From NCBI GenBank assembly GCA_039024555.1, contig JBCCQQ010000038.1, positions 1-59,682 on the forward strand: a stretch of DNA of 59,682 bases, read 5' to 3'. The DNA comes from Cyanobacteria bacterium P01_D01_bin.156 (lineage in GTDB: Bacteria; Cyanobacteriota; Cyanobacteriia; Phormidesmidales; Phormidesmidaceae). Below, one piece after another: positions 20,138-30,492 of the stretch. The notes beneath the pieces are model-generated. The model was not told the DNA's origin. It did not search any database and saw only the letters and a list, made by a program, of their open reading frames with translations. Position numbers and translations under genes: made by a program. Numbering within the stretch: the stretch's first letter is position 1; each line of letters opens with the position of its first letter.

Positions 20138-21757
20138 ATGAGTACACAGCCCGATCGAGTCTTAATTTTCGATACCACTCTGCGCGACGGTGAGCAGTCT
20201 CCCGGTGCCACCATGAATGTTGAGGAGAAGCTAGCGGTAGCTCGTCAACTGGCCAGACTGGGCGTAGACATCATTGAAGCGGGCTTTCCCTACGCTAGTC
20301 CCGGTGACTTTGAGGCGGTACAGCGCATTGCTAAAGAAGTGGGGATCGCGGGTGGTCCTACTATCTGTGGTCTGGCGCGGGCAACTAAACAGGATATTGA
20401 ATCGGCAGCCAGGGCGATTGAACCGGCTGCTAATGGTCGCATCCATACGTTTATTGCCACATCGGATATCCATATGAAGTATAAGCTCAAGAAATCTCGG
20501 GATGAGGTACTGGCCATCACCGATGAGATGGTGACGTTTGCCAAGGGCTTTACGGACGATGTGGAGTTTTCTCCTGAAGATGCCGGTCGTTCGGAACCAG
20601 AATTTTTATACCAGGTGCTGGAACGTGCGATCGCAGCCGGTGCCACCACCATTAATATTCCAGACACCGTAGGCTATCTCACCCCCAGCGAATTTGGTGG
20701 TTTGATTAAGGGCATTAAGGACAACGTACCCAATGTGAACCAGGCCGTCATTTCGGTTCACGGTCACAATGACTTAGGTTTAGCGGTAGCTAACTTTCTA
20801 GAAGCGGTTAAAAACGGGGCGCGACAGCTAGAGTGCACCATCAACGGCATCGGCGAGCGGGCCGGAAATGCGGCCTTAGAAGAGCTGGTGATGGCTATGC
20901 ATGTGCGCCGCCAGTACTTTAATCCCTTCTTTGGTCGTTCTGTGGATTCAGACGCGCCGTTGACTAACATCAACACCACGGAAATCTACAAAACCTCCAG
21001 GTTAATCTCCAGCGTGACCGGTATGTTGGTACAGCCCAATAAGGCCATTGTGGGTGCCAATGCCTTTGCCCACGAATCCGGCATCCACCAGGACGGTGTG
21101 CTCAAGAATAAGCTCACCTATGAAATCATGGATGCCCAGACGATTGGCCTGAATGACAACCTAATCGTTTTGGGTAAGCACTCGGGTCGCAATGCCTTCC
21201 GCACACGCCTGCAGGAGCTGGGCTATGAGCTATCGGACCAGGAGCTGAATAAAGCATTTTTACGGTTTAAGGAACTGGCGGATAAGAAAAAGGAAATTAG
21301 CGATCGCGACCTAGAAGCCATCGTCAACGATGAAACCCAGCAGGTAGCTGAGCACTTCCGCTTGGAGCTAGTTCAAGTTTCTTGTGGCAGCAACGCCAGA
21401 CCCACGGCGACGGTGGCAATCCTCACCCCTGACGGCAAAGAACTCATGGATGCTGCCATCGGCACCGGGCCTGTGGATGCCGTCTACAAAGCCATCAACC
21501 GAGTCGTAGATATTCCCAACGACTTAATTGAATACTCGGTACAGTCTGTTACCGCAGGGATTGATGCTATTGGGGAAGTGACCATTCGCCTGCGTCACAA
21601 CCAGCATATTTACTCTGGCCACGCTGCGAATACGGACATTGTAGTTGCTTCAGCTGATGCTTACATGCAGGCCCTGAATCGTCTTTACAGCGCTACCCAA
21701 ACCGGTGAATCACTGCATCCTCAGCGCATGGCAGTTCCAGCGGGAACGGGTGTTTAG
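20138..21757 (+). CDS. leuA: 2-isopropylmalate synthase
   Basis: [26 protein letters not shown] and HESGIHQDG motifs plus regulatory domain. Confidence 0.97.
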   Translation: MSTQPDRVLIFDTTLRDGEQSPGATMNVEEKLAVARQLARLGVDIIEAGFPYASPGDFEAVQRIAKEVGIAGGPTICGLARATKQDIESAARAIEPAANGRIHTFIATSDIHMKYKLKKSRDEVLAITDEMVTFAKGFTDDVEFSPEDAGRSEPEFLYQVLERAIAAGATTINIPDTVGYLTPSEFGGLIKGIKDNVPNVNQAVISVHGHNDLGLAVANFLEAVKNGARQLECTINGIGERAGNAALEELVMAMHVRRQYFNPFFGRSVDSDAPLTNINTTEIYKTSRLISSVTGMLVQPNKAIVGANAFAHESGIHQDGVLKNKLTYEIMDAQTIGLNDNLIVLGKHSGRNAFRTRLQELGYELSDQELNKAFLRFKELADKKKEISDRDLEAIVNDETQQVAEHFRLELVQVSCGSNARPTATVAILTPDGKELMDAAIGTGPVDAVYKAINRVVDIPNDLIEYSVQSVTAGIDAIGEVTIRLRHNQHIYSGHAANTDIVVASADAYMQALNRLYSATQTGESLHPQRMAVPAGTGV

Positions 21758-22018
21758 GCGGCACTGATTTAACCCATCACCTTACAGACTAACAGCTCTT
21801 AAAGACTTCCGACTGACAGGATGTTAAAACCGTCATATTTTTAATTTGGGCATCTTGAAGTCATGGAATTTAATTCAAAACCAATTACCAAAGAAGACTT
21901 AAGATAATATCTTGTTTGACAAACCGCAGTCATTGAGGCGTGAACCATAGTAAGTGGGATGTGATTTTCTCCAATGTGTGAACGCTCTTAACTGATTCTT
22001 TGTCAGGCAATGGTTTGA

Positions 22019-24256
<2,238 letters not shown>

Positions 24257-24272
24257 ACTATAGTGCAAAAAA

Positions 24273-24809
24273 TCAGTAAAACCGTGTAGTTAGAAATTGA
24301 CTATGAACACGGCGTAAGCTAGAGACGTGCGCTTGAGTCTCAAAGTTCTGGGGAGCTGCAATAGCCTGTACCTGATTAAATCGAATGGTGGGACGTGAGA
24401 GGGAAATAGTCCCAATCAGTTGCTGCTTAGTCGCAGTATCTAGGGAGTGGTACAACAGACTGACATGAGGATCTAATGCAGGCAGTTGGGCCTTCGGAAT
24501 AGCCTTTACTAGACGACGAACTAGCTGAGATAAAATAGGCGATTGCTGCAGATGCACATACAAGGTTTGGGCAAAACGGTCTGTATGGCATAGTCCAAGA
24601 ATATCTAACTCTAGGGCTGGCATTGCTGCTAGTTCAGCCAAAACAGACCTTAAATCTACCTCAGATGGAACCCAACCACTGTATAGCGTCACGTGGGGAG
24701 AAAATGGAACGGTATTAAACCGTTTTGCCAAGCTATTGATAATTCCTTGGAAGTCCTCCAGATCAGGGGATTGAGGTACTAACCAAAAAAAATAATGAGA
24801 ATCTACCAT
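24273..24809 (-). CDS. 2H phosphoesterase / cyclic phosphodiesterase-like protein
   Basis: Two HxT/S motifs (PHVTL, PHVSL). Likely start is the ATG at 24809. Confidence 0.8.
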   Translation of the reverse strand: MVDSHYFFWLVPQSPDLEDFQGIINSLAKRFNTVPFSPHVTLYSGWVPSEVDLRSVLAELAAMPALELDILGLCHTDRFAQTLYVHLQQSPILSQLVRRLVKAIPKAQLPALDPHVSLLYHSLDTATKQQLIGTISLSRPTIRFNQVQAIAAPQNFETQAHVSSLRRVHSQFLTTRFY

Positions 24810-24977
24810 TACTGAAAGATGTATATCATACTCCACCACAATAAAAGACTATAGAATACCCTCGAAAAGATTTATTTAAGCAACATAAAAATCTCAATAG
24901 AATGCCAAAAATATTTCTGGAATTGCTCTTTCGGTCGTCGTATCTACCCTGTGAGTTTTTCAACATTGTTGATACCC

Positions 24978-25373
24978 ATGAGATTTAATGCTTATTACGC
25001 TTATTGGACTATTTTTTTATTTCTCATAGAAGTCTATATTGGCATGTTTGTTAAGGATGACTTTATCCGTCCATATATGGGAGATTTTCTGGTTGTTATC
25101 TTGATTTATGCCTTGATCCGAGCATTCTTTACGTATCCAATAGTCAACGTAGCCATAGGAGTTTTACTATTCTCTTTTTTAGTTGAAATCCTGCAATATT
25201 TCAACATTGTAGATATTCTAGGGTTGGGTTCGTCTCAGCTAGCAAGAACAATTATTGGAACAGTTTTTGTTTGGGAAGATTTTATTGCCTACACTCTAGG
25301 AATTCTTACAGCATTAGGCTGTGAAAAATTTATCGACATTAGAATGGAACAATGGGGTTCCATCCATCGATAG
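24978..25373 (+). CDS. DUF2809-like membrane protein
   Basis: FIRPYMGDFLVVILIY, VEILQYF and IGTVFVWEDFIAY pattern. AT-rich. Likely start is the ATG at 24978. Confidence 0.75.
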   Translation: MRFNAYYAYWTIFLFLIEVYIGMFVKDDFIRPYMGDFLVVILIYALIRAFFTYPIVNVAIGVLLFSFLVEILQYFNIVDILGLGSSQLARTIIGTVFVWEDFIAYTLGILTALGCEKFIDIRMEQWGSIHR

Positions 25374-25397
25374 GAATTTATGCATTCAGCAATACTG

Positions 25398-26075
25398 TTA
25401 TGGCGTTATATGAGATTGTAGATACTGAAGCACATCGTGCAAAGATGAAACAATCTTGAGAGCATGGCCTTGGGCGTAGTCCGTAGGCGTTTGCAAATCG
25501 GGCACCATAATGACCCTTATGCCAGCTGCGACTGCTGCCTGTACCCCTGCATTGGAGTCTTCTAAAACCAAACAATCCGCTGGCGCAACATTCAGCGATT
25601 GGGCTGCCATTAGGAAAATGTCGGGTGCTGGCTTGCCCATACCACCCGCCTTATCCACAGTAATCACCGATTCAAACCGCGACCATAACCCTGTGCTCTT
25701 TAAGCTGATGTGGGCCTCATGGTCACCACTAGAAGTGCCAACAGCTTTGGGTATACCAACTGTCTCTAACCAGTTTAGTAAAGGAACCAGCCCCGGCTGA
25801 ATCGGGATACCTTGAGCAGCCAGGATTTCCCACTGAGCCAACCAGCGACGCAGAAACTCATCGACGGGAAAATCAGCCCCTAACAATTGTACTAAAAGTT
25901 TTTCTGCCCAATCACTACTGCAACCCACCAACTGTAGATATGTAGATCTATCCATAGGCGCATAACCTAAATCAATCAGAGCTATCTGCCAGGCTTGATG
26001 GAAAAGAACCTCACTGTTCAACATGAGCCCATCCATGTCAAAAATTATTGCCTGAGGGAAGGTCATACTCTCCAT
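25398..26075 (-). CDS. HAD-family phosphatase (beta-PGM/CbbY-like)
   Basis: FDMDGLMLNSE, GKPAPDIF and LEDSNAG motifs. Confidence 0.9.
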   Translation of the reverse strand: MESMTFPQAIIFDMDGLMLNSEVLFHQAWQIALIDLGYAPMDRSTYLQLVGCSSDWAEKLLVQLLGADFPVDEFLRRWLAQWEILAAQGIPIQPGLVPLLNWLETVGIPKAVGTSSGDHEAHISLKSTGLWSRFESVITVDKAGGMGKPAPDIFLMAAQSLNVAPADCLVLEDSNAGVQAAVAAGIRVIMVPDLQTPTDYAQGHALKIVSSLHDVLQYLQSHITP

Positions 26076-26155
26076 GCAAGATTACACCCAAGACTTCGCC
26101 TCTAGTGTAGAACCAAGTCGTTTATATGACTGTTGGGTAGCATGCAATGGATGGT

Positions 26156-26194
26156 AAAAAGAACACCTTGGTATCATTGCTGACACCAAGGTGT
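26156..26194 (-). terminator. Rho-independent terminator downstream of the ArsR-family gene
   Basis: ACACCTTGGTATCA-TTGC-TGACACCAAGGTGT stem with an A-run on the left. Confidence 0.7.
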
Positions 26195-26285
26195 GTTTGC
26201 TTAAATATTTAACAGATTTCAACGTACTAGTTCGTGAAGTCAGAGTTTACTCATTCTGACTAGTTGTCTCAATTGACTTAGGGAG

Positions 26286-26561
26286 CTAATAGCTGGAAAG
26301 ATAGGTTTCTAATACGCTAAGCTGGTCGGGATTGAGGCTATAGTACATCCAACGTCCTTGCTGACGAGCCGTTACCAGCCCTGCTTGCTTGAGGGTCTTG
26401 AGATGAAAAGACAATTTTGATTGAGCAATGCTGAGACGCTCACACATGTCGCCAACACAAAACTCTCCTTCTCGCAAAAGCTCTAACACTTGAATGCGAA
26501 TTGGCTCTGATAGCGCATGAAACCCTGAGAATACGTGATCCTTATTAGCTGAACTTTGCAT
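26286..26561 (-). CDS. ArsR/SmtB-family transcriptional regulator
   Basis: FHALSEPIRIQVLELL, EFCVGDMC, QSKLSFHLKTL and GRWMYYSL motifs. Confidence 0.92.
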   Translation of the reverse strand: MQSSANKDHVFSGFHALSEPIRIQVLELLREGEFCVGDMCERLSIAQSKLSFHLKTLKQAGLVTARQQGRWMYYSLNPDQLSVLETYLSSY

Positions 26562-26851
26562 GGTGATAGACTAAATAAAAACTAAACCCCATATCCAAAA
26601 CGTAGGTAGGGTAACCCTTCCTATGTGATTTGAATTTTTTTCAAATTAACTAAAATTAAATCTGGTGGCCATCCGAACAAATACGCGAGATTTGTTGACA
26701 TCAACTGCTCTTTTATAAAAATCTTTGCTGAGCAAACATATCAACAAGTATCTGGTGTTTTTGAGCAGACAAAATCAGAATTCTAAAGACCGTAATGTTG
26801 TCTAGATGACCTAAGCATAATAATCGATTGACCAATGCAAAATCTTCTAGC

Positions 26852-26873
26852 TACATCAAAAAATAGTGATGTA
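26852..26873. promoter_or_regulatory. Palindrome, candidate ArsR operator
   Basis: TACATCAAAAAATAGTGATGTA contains ATCAA-N6-GTGAT, one mismatch from the ATCAA-N6-TTGAT ArsR box described for Synechocystis. It lies about 290 bp upstream of the ArsR gene. Confidence 0.45.
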
Positions 26874-26949
26874 AAACGAACCTTTACAATTACTTTAATG
26901 TAATGCTATGTAAACCGTCTGACCATCCGAACAAACACGTGAAGTTAAC

Positions 26950-27672
26950 CTATATCAACTGTTCTCTGACAGCAGAGACAATTGATATAGCGGCTAGAGA
27001 AGCTGTTGTTGCACGTAGGATTCCGGACCCCAATGAGGTTTCTTGAAAGCCATGGGCAAGCGCAACAGTGATTTCCTCAGATGTCCAACCCCCTTCAGGA
27101 CCAATCACCACTCGCAACGATAGTTGAGGAGACTCTATCAGAAGTGATTGTACGCATGCCAGTAGCGTAGGAGCATTGACCCTCGCAACACAGAAAAAGT
27201 TTCCTACACTGTTAGGAACAGTCGTTATCCAATCTTGAAATGTAACCGGTGAACATATCTTAGGTATATACCCCCGCTCGCATTGTTCAGAGGCCTCCTG
27301 GATAATGCGCTGCCAGCGCAGGAGCTTTTGATTACTGGGTTTGAGCAAGGTGCGAGTACTCAGCAGGGGCTGAATGTTGGTCACTCCCAGCTCCGTAGCC
27401 TGACGTACCACATCATCAAATCCTGTTTTGGGGAGAGCAGCAACTAGCTCTAAATTAGCCGGACGTACTGATTGAGCTAGGGATGAGAGAATGTGAGCTT
27501 TGCCGGGTGTTTCTGTTAGCTGGCTTTGCCATTGATGGCCTTTCCCATCCTGGGCAATAAACATATCGCCTGGTTTTAAGCGCAGTACCCGTTGTAAATA
27601 ATGGTTCTGCTCATTCGTTAACCTGAGAACATTTTCCACCCGCTGTGCTGGCTCAATAGTAATCCGCTGCAT
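26950..27672 (-). CDS. rsmE: 16S rRNA m3U1498 methyltransferase
   Basis: HYLQRVLRL, ATELGV, EASEQCER, IGPEGG and LGSGILRATTA motifs. Confidence 0.95.
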   Translation of the reverse strand: MQRITIEPAQRVENVLRLTNEQNHYLQRVLRLKPGDMFIAQDGKGHQWQSQLTETPGKAHILSSLAQSVRPANLELVAALPKTGFDDVVRQATELGVTNIQPLLSTRTLLKPSNQKLLRWQRIIQEASEQCERGYIPKICSPVTFQDWITTVPNSVGNFFCVARVNAPTLLACVQSLLIESPQLSLRVVIGPEGGWTSEEITVALAHGFQETSLGSGILRATTASLAAISIVSAVREQLI

Positions 27673-27726
27673 CCCTTAGCTCTCTGGTCTATGTTCCGTA
27701 GAAAATTTTAGTTTGAATTGAGCTTA

Positions 27727-27827
27727 GGAGCTGTTAAGAAACGACTTCACGGTTTAAGCCTGAAAAGCTTGTTAAGCCATGATTTAAATGTACACAAGGC
27801 GCCATGATTCTAATTTTTAACAAGCCC
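27727..27827. mobile_element. MITE copy 2 (101 bp, flanked by TTA on both sides)
   Basis: TTA|GGAGCTGTTAAGAAACGACTTCACGGTTTAAGCCTGAAAAGCTTGTTAAGC...TTTTTAACAAGCCC|TTA, matching 4821-4917. Confidence 0.8.
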
Positions 27828-27903
27828 TTAGCGAATACTCACAAACCCAGCCTCTTCTTTTTTAACAGGCCCTTAGCGAATACTCACAAACCCAGCCTCT
27901 TCT
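27815..27903. repeat. Tandem duplication with a 45-bp period (MITE right end plus pstS 3' end)
   Basis: TTTTAACA(A/G)GCCCTTAGCGAATACTCACAAACCCAGCCTCTTCT occurs at 27815-27858 and 27860-27903. Confidence 0.9.
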
Positions 27904-28940
27904 ATTAAGCTTTGGCCTCCAGGAGATAGCAAAATATCTGCATAGGCTCGCCCAGCCGCCTCATCACTCGCCTCATCTGCTTTCACAATGACAAACAATC
28001 GACGGGTCAAAGGATAGTCACCAGAGCGAAACCCTTCTTTATTCAAGGTGTTTGCTTGATCAATGCAGTCTTGCCCTGTTCTCCAAGTCCCATCGAACGG
28101 ATTGACAAAGTTTTCAGGCTGTTCCTGCCCTGCTACAGGGATAGCGTAGATAGAACACTGGTTGACAACTTCGGGAGCCGACGCATAGTAAATGCCTCCT
28201 TTATCTTTGGCAACCTCGCGTATACCCGAAGTTGTATCACCCACAAACAGAACGTCTTCACCGTAGGCATCAGCAGCTACGACCGATTCTAGAAAATATT
28301 GCGATGTTCCAGACGCTTCAGGGGAACGGCCATAGGCCGTAATGGGTACATCAGGCCCTCCAAGTTCAGACCAATTGCTGACTTCACTGGTATAAATCGA
28401 TTGAATTTGTTCAACGCTTAGGCCCGGTATGCCAAGGGTCGGGTTCACGGCTAGAGCAATGCCATCAATAGCCGCTGGAATTTGCTCTAATTGAAATCCT
28501 CTTTGTTGAGCCGCATCGTACTCCTCTGGTTTTAGCGGTCGAGAGGATTCTGAAAATGATAGTTGACCATCTAGCAACATCTTTACTCCCGTTCCCGAGC
28601 CTGGGGCATCGCTTGATGGCAATGTATATCTAAGTTGAAAGTCAGGAAAAGCTTCTAAAATGGCTGTCTGGACTGTTTCATGAACAGGAATCCAAGTGGT
28701 ACTACCCCCGTAGTTAAATAAGCCTTGGGGAACCCCTTCAACAGTGTCTAAGCCTTTTTTATCAGAAGCGGCGGTGGAAGATGTTGCTGAGCTAGTTTGG
28801 TCATTATCATCGCTATTCGATTGGAGTAATGGCTCCGACGCACCACTCGCAAGCCATATGATGAGTCCAAAGACGCCAGCGATAAGTCCCAATCCGACTA
28901 AAGCAATAATAATTGGAACGTTCTGTTGCTGTTTTTCCAT
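27873..28940 (-). CDS. PstS-family (PBP-like) substrate-binding protein with N-terminal membrane anchor
   Basis: YGGSTT, PGSGTG, SSRPLK, AIDGIALAVNP, SGT and YPLTRRLFVIV motifs. Likely start is the ATG at 28940. Confidence 0.85.
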   Translation of the reverse strand: MEKQQQNVPIIIALVGLGLIAGVFGLIIWLASGASEPLLQSNSDDNDQTSSATSSTAASDKKGLDTVEGVPQGLFNYGGSTTWIPVHETVQTAILEAFPDFQLRYTLPSSDAPGSGTGVKMLLDGQLSFSESSRPLKPEEYDAAQQRGFQLEQIPAAIDGIALAVNPTLGIPGLSVEQIQSIYTSEVSNWSELGGPDVPITAYGRSPEASGTSQYFLESVVAADAYGEDVLFVGDTTSGIREVAKDKGGIYYASAPEVVNQCSIYAIPVAGQEQPENFVNPFDGTWRTGQDCIDQANTLNKEGFRSGDYPLTRRLFVIVKADEASDEAAGRAYADILLSPGGQSLIEEAGFVSIR

Positions 28941-29727
28941 AACACTACGATTAGGCTTAATGAGTAAAGAAAAGAACTGACTGAAGGTATCGATCAAATA
29001 CGGTCCATCGAAACTAGAGGCCTATAGCGGGCTATTGCAGGGGATTATTAGGCTGCCTTCAGCTAATGATTTAACCCTGACAACTACTATCTATCGCCTA
29101 AATCTGGTAGGTCCAATGGCAGAATGCCGCTGCACGCTACTACCTAACCAATTTGCCCCAAAGGAAAAACTGGCTTTCACCCATGGCATGGCTTATGAGG
29201 AAGAAAAGTAAATAACTATTCCTCCATAGGATGGAGACGGCAGCCCAGTAATCCGTAAATTTTAGATTAAATTTTCTTGATGAAAATCAGCATCTAATGG
29301 CGATACTACTGGACCGTTGATTGCACTAAGTGTCCGCAAAAACAACCGGACACTAACGCTAATTTATGAAGAACTAGTTAAATTTACCCCCTGATTATGA
29401 GAAAACTATGGACCTAGTTTGATGCCTTTTTTCGTATCCAGAACCTTAACCTGTGCATGATTAGGTTCTATTACTTTGATCTATCCGTATATCTGAAAAA
29501 CTTGTTGAATATATAAGTACTAGGGGAAACTTTAATCAAGCACCCCATTAACCTATCCATAAGATTATTTGAAACTTACAAATTCATAATCATGTTAATT
29601 TTTCTCTGAAAGATAAAGCAACCCAGCGGTGGCGCGGCCAAGCTTAGGGTGTCCTTCAGAAATAGCCCGATTCCATAGAAGTATTATTGAAATAACGCTA
29701 AGTGCTTGTTACATCAGGGTTTTAGAT

Positions 29728-30450
29728 ATGGTAGCCGTTTTGAAAATTGGCGACTCAGAGCTTGATATTCGAATGTTGCTTGAGCAGTTACAACAACATC
29801 AACTTTTGCCTAGGTTGGTGCAGGAAGTGGTAATTGATCAGGCCATAGAACCTCTAGCTTGCGATCCGGAAGAAGCTTATAAAACGTTCTGCCTTCAACG
29901 TAATTTAATGACCGAGGAGCAGCAGCAAGCCTGGCAGACGCAGCATCAGCTGACTTCGGGTCAAATGCAGATGGCGGCACTACGCAGCGCCAAGATTTCC
30001 ACATTTAAGGAAAATAACTGGGGTAATCAGGTGGAGTCTTACTTTTTAGAGCGAAAGGCTAAGCTTGATCGCGCTTTGTACTCTTTGATTAGAACCAAAG
30101 ATCCGAGCTTAGCCCAGGAACTTTACTTTCGTTTAAATGATGACGGAGAACCTTTTACACAGCTGGCTCGGCAATATTCTGAAGGGCAAGAAGCACAAAC
30201 CGGAGGCCTAATTGGACCGGTTGAGCTAAGTGTTCCCCACCCAATGATTGGTCGTATGCTTTCGGTGAGTCAGCCTGGCCAACTGTGGGCTCCTACGCCT
30301 ATTGGCGAATGGTATGTAATCACGCGTTTGGAAAAGTTTATGCCGGCACAGTTTGATCAAGCGATGCGTCAACGCTTGATAGATGAACTGTTTAGCTCCT
30401 GGCTTAAGGAAAAAATACAGCTAACGGCTGTACAGCCTATTTTGACCTGA
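29728..30450 (+). CDS. PpiC/parvulin-type peptidylprolyl isomerase associated with type I secretion
   Basis: YSLIRTKD, LAQELYFRL and LARQYSEGQEAQTGGLIGP motifs. Likely start is the ATG at 29728. Confidence 0.88.
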   Translation: MVAVLKIGDSELDIRMLLEQLQQHQLLPRLVQEVVIDQAIEPLACDPEEAYKTFCLQRNLMTEEQQQAWQTQHQLTSGQMQMAALRSAKISTFKENNWGNQVESYFLERKAKLDRALYSLIRTKDPSLAQELYFRLNDDGEPFTQLARQYSEGQEAQTGGLIGPVELSVPHPMIGRMLSVSQPGQLWAPTPIGEWYVITRLEKFMPAQFDQAMRQRLIDELFSSWLKEKIQLTAVQPILT

Positions 30451-30492
30451 GACATCCCTAGTGGATAGACGCCCAGTTCACGCTAATAACTT

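Noticed and set aside
27815..27903. Possible mini-CRISPR array
   Set aside because: Only two adjacent copies with no spacer, the unit is gene end plus MITE tip, and there are no cas genes in the window.
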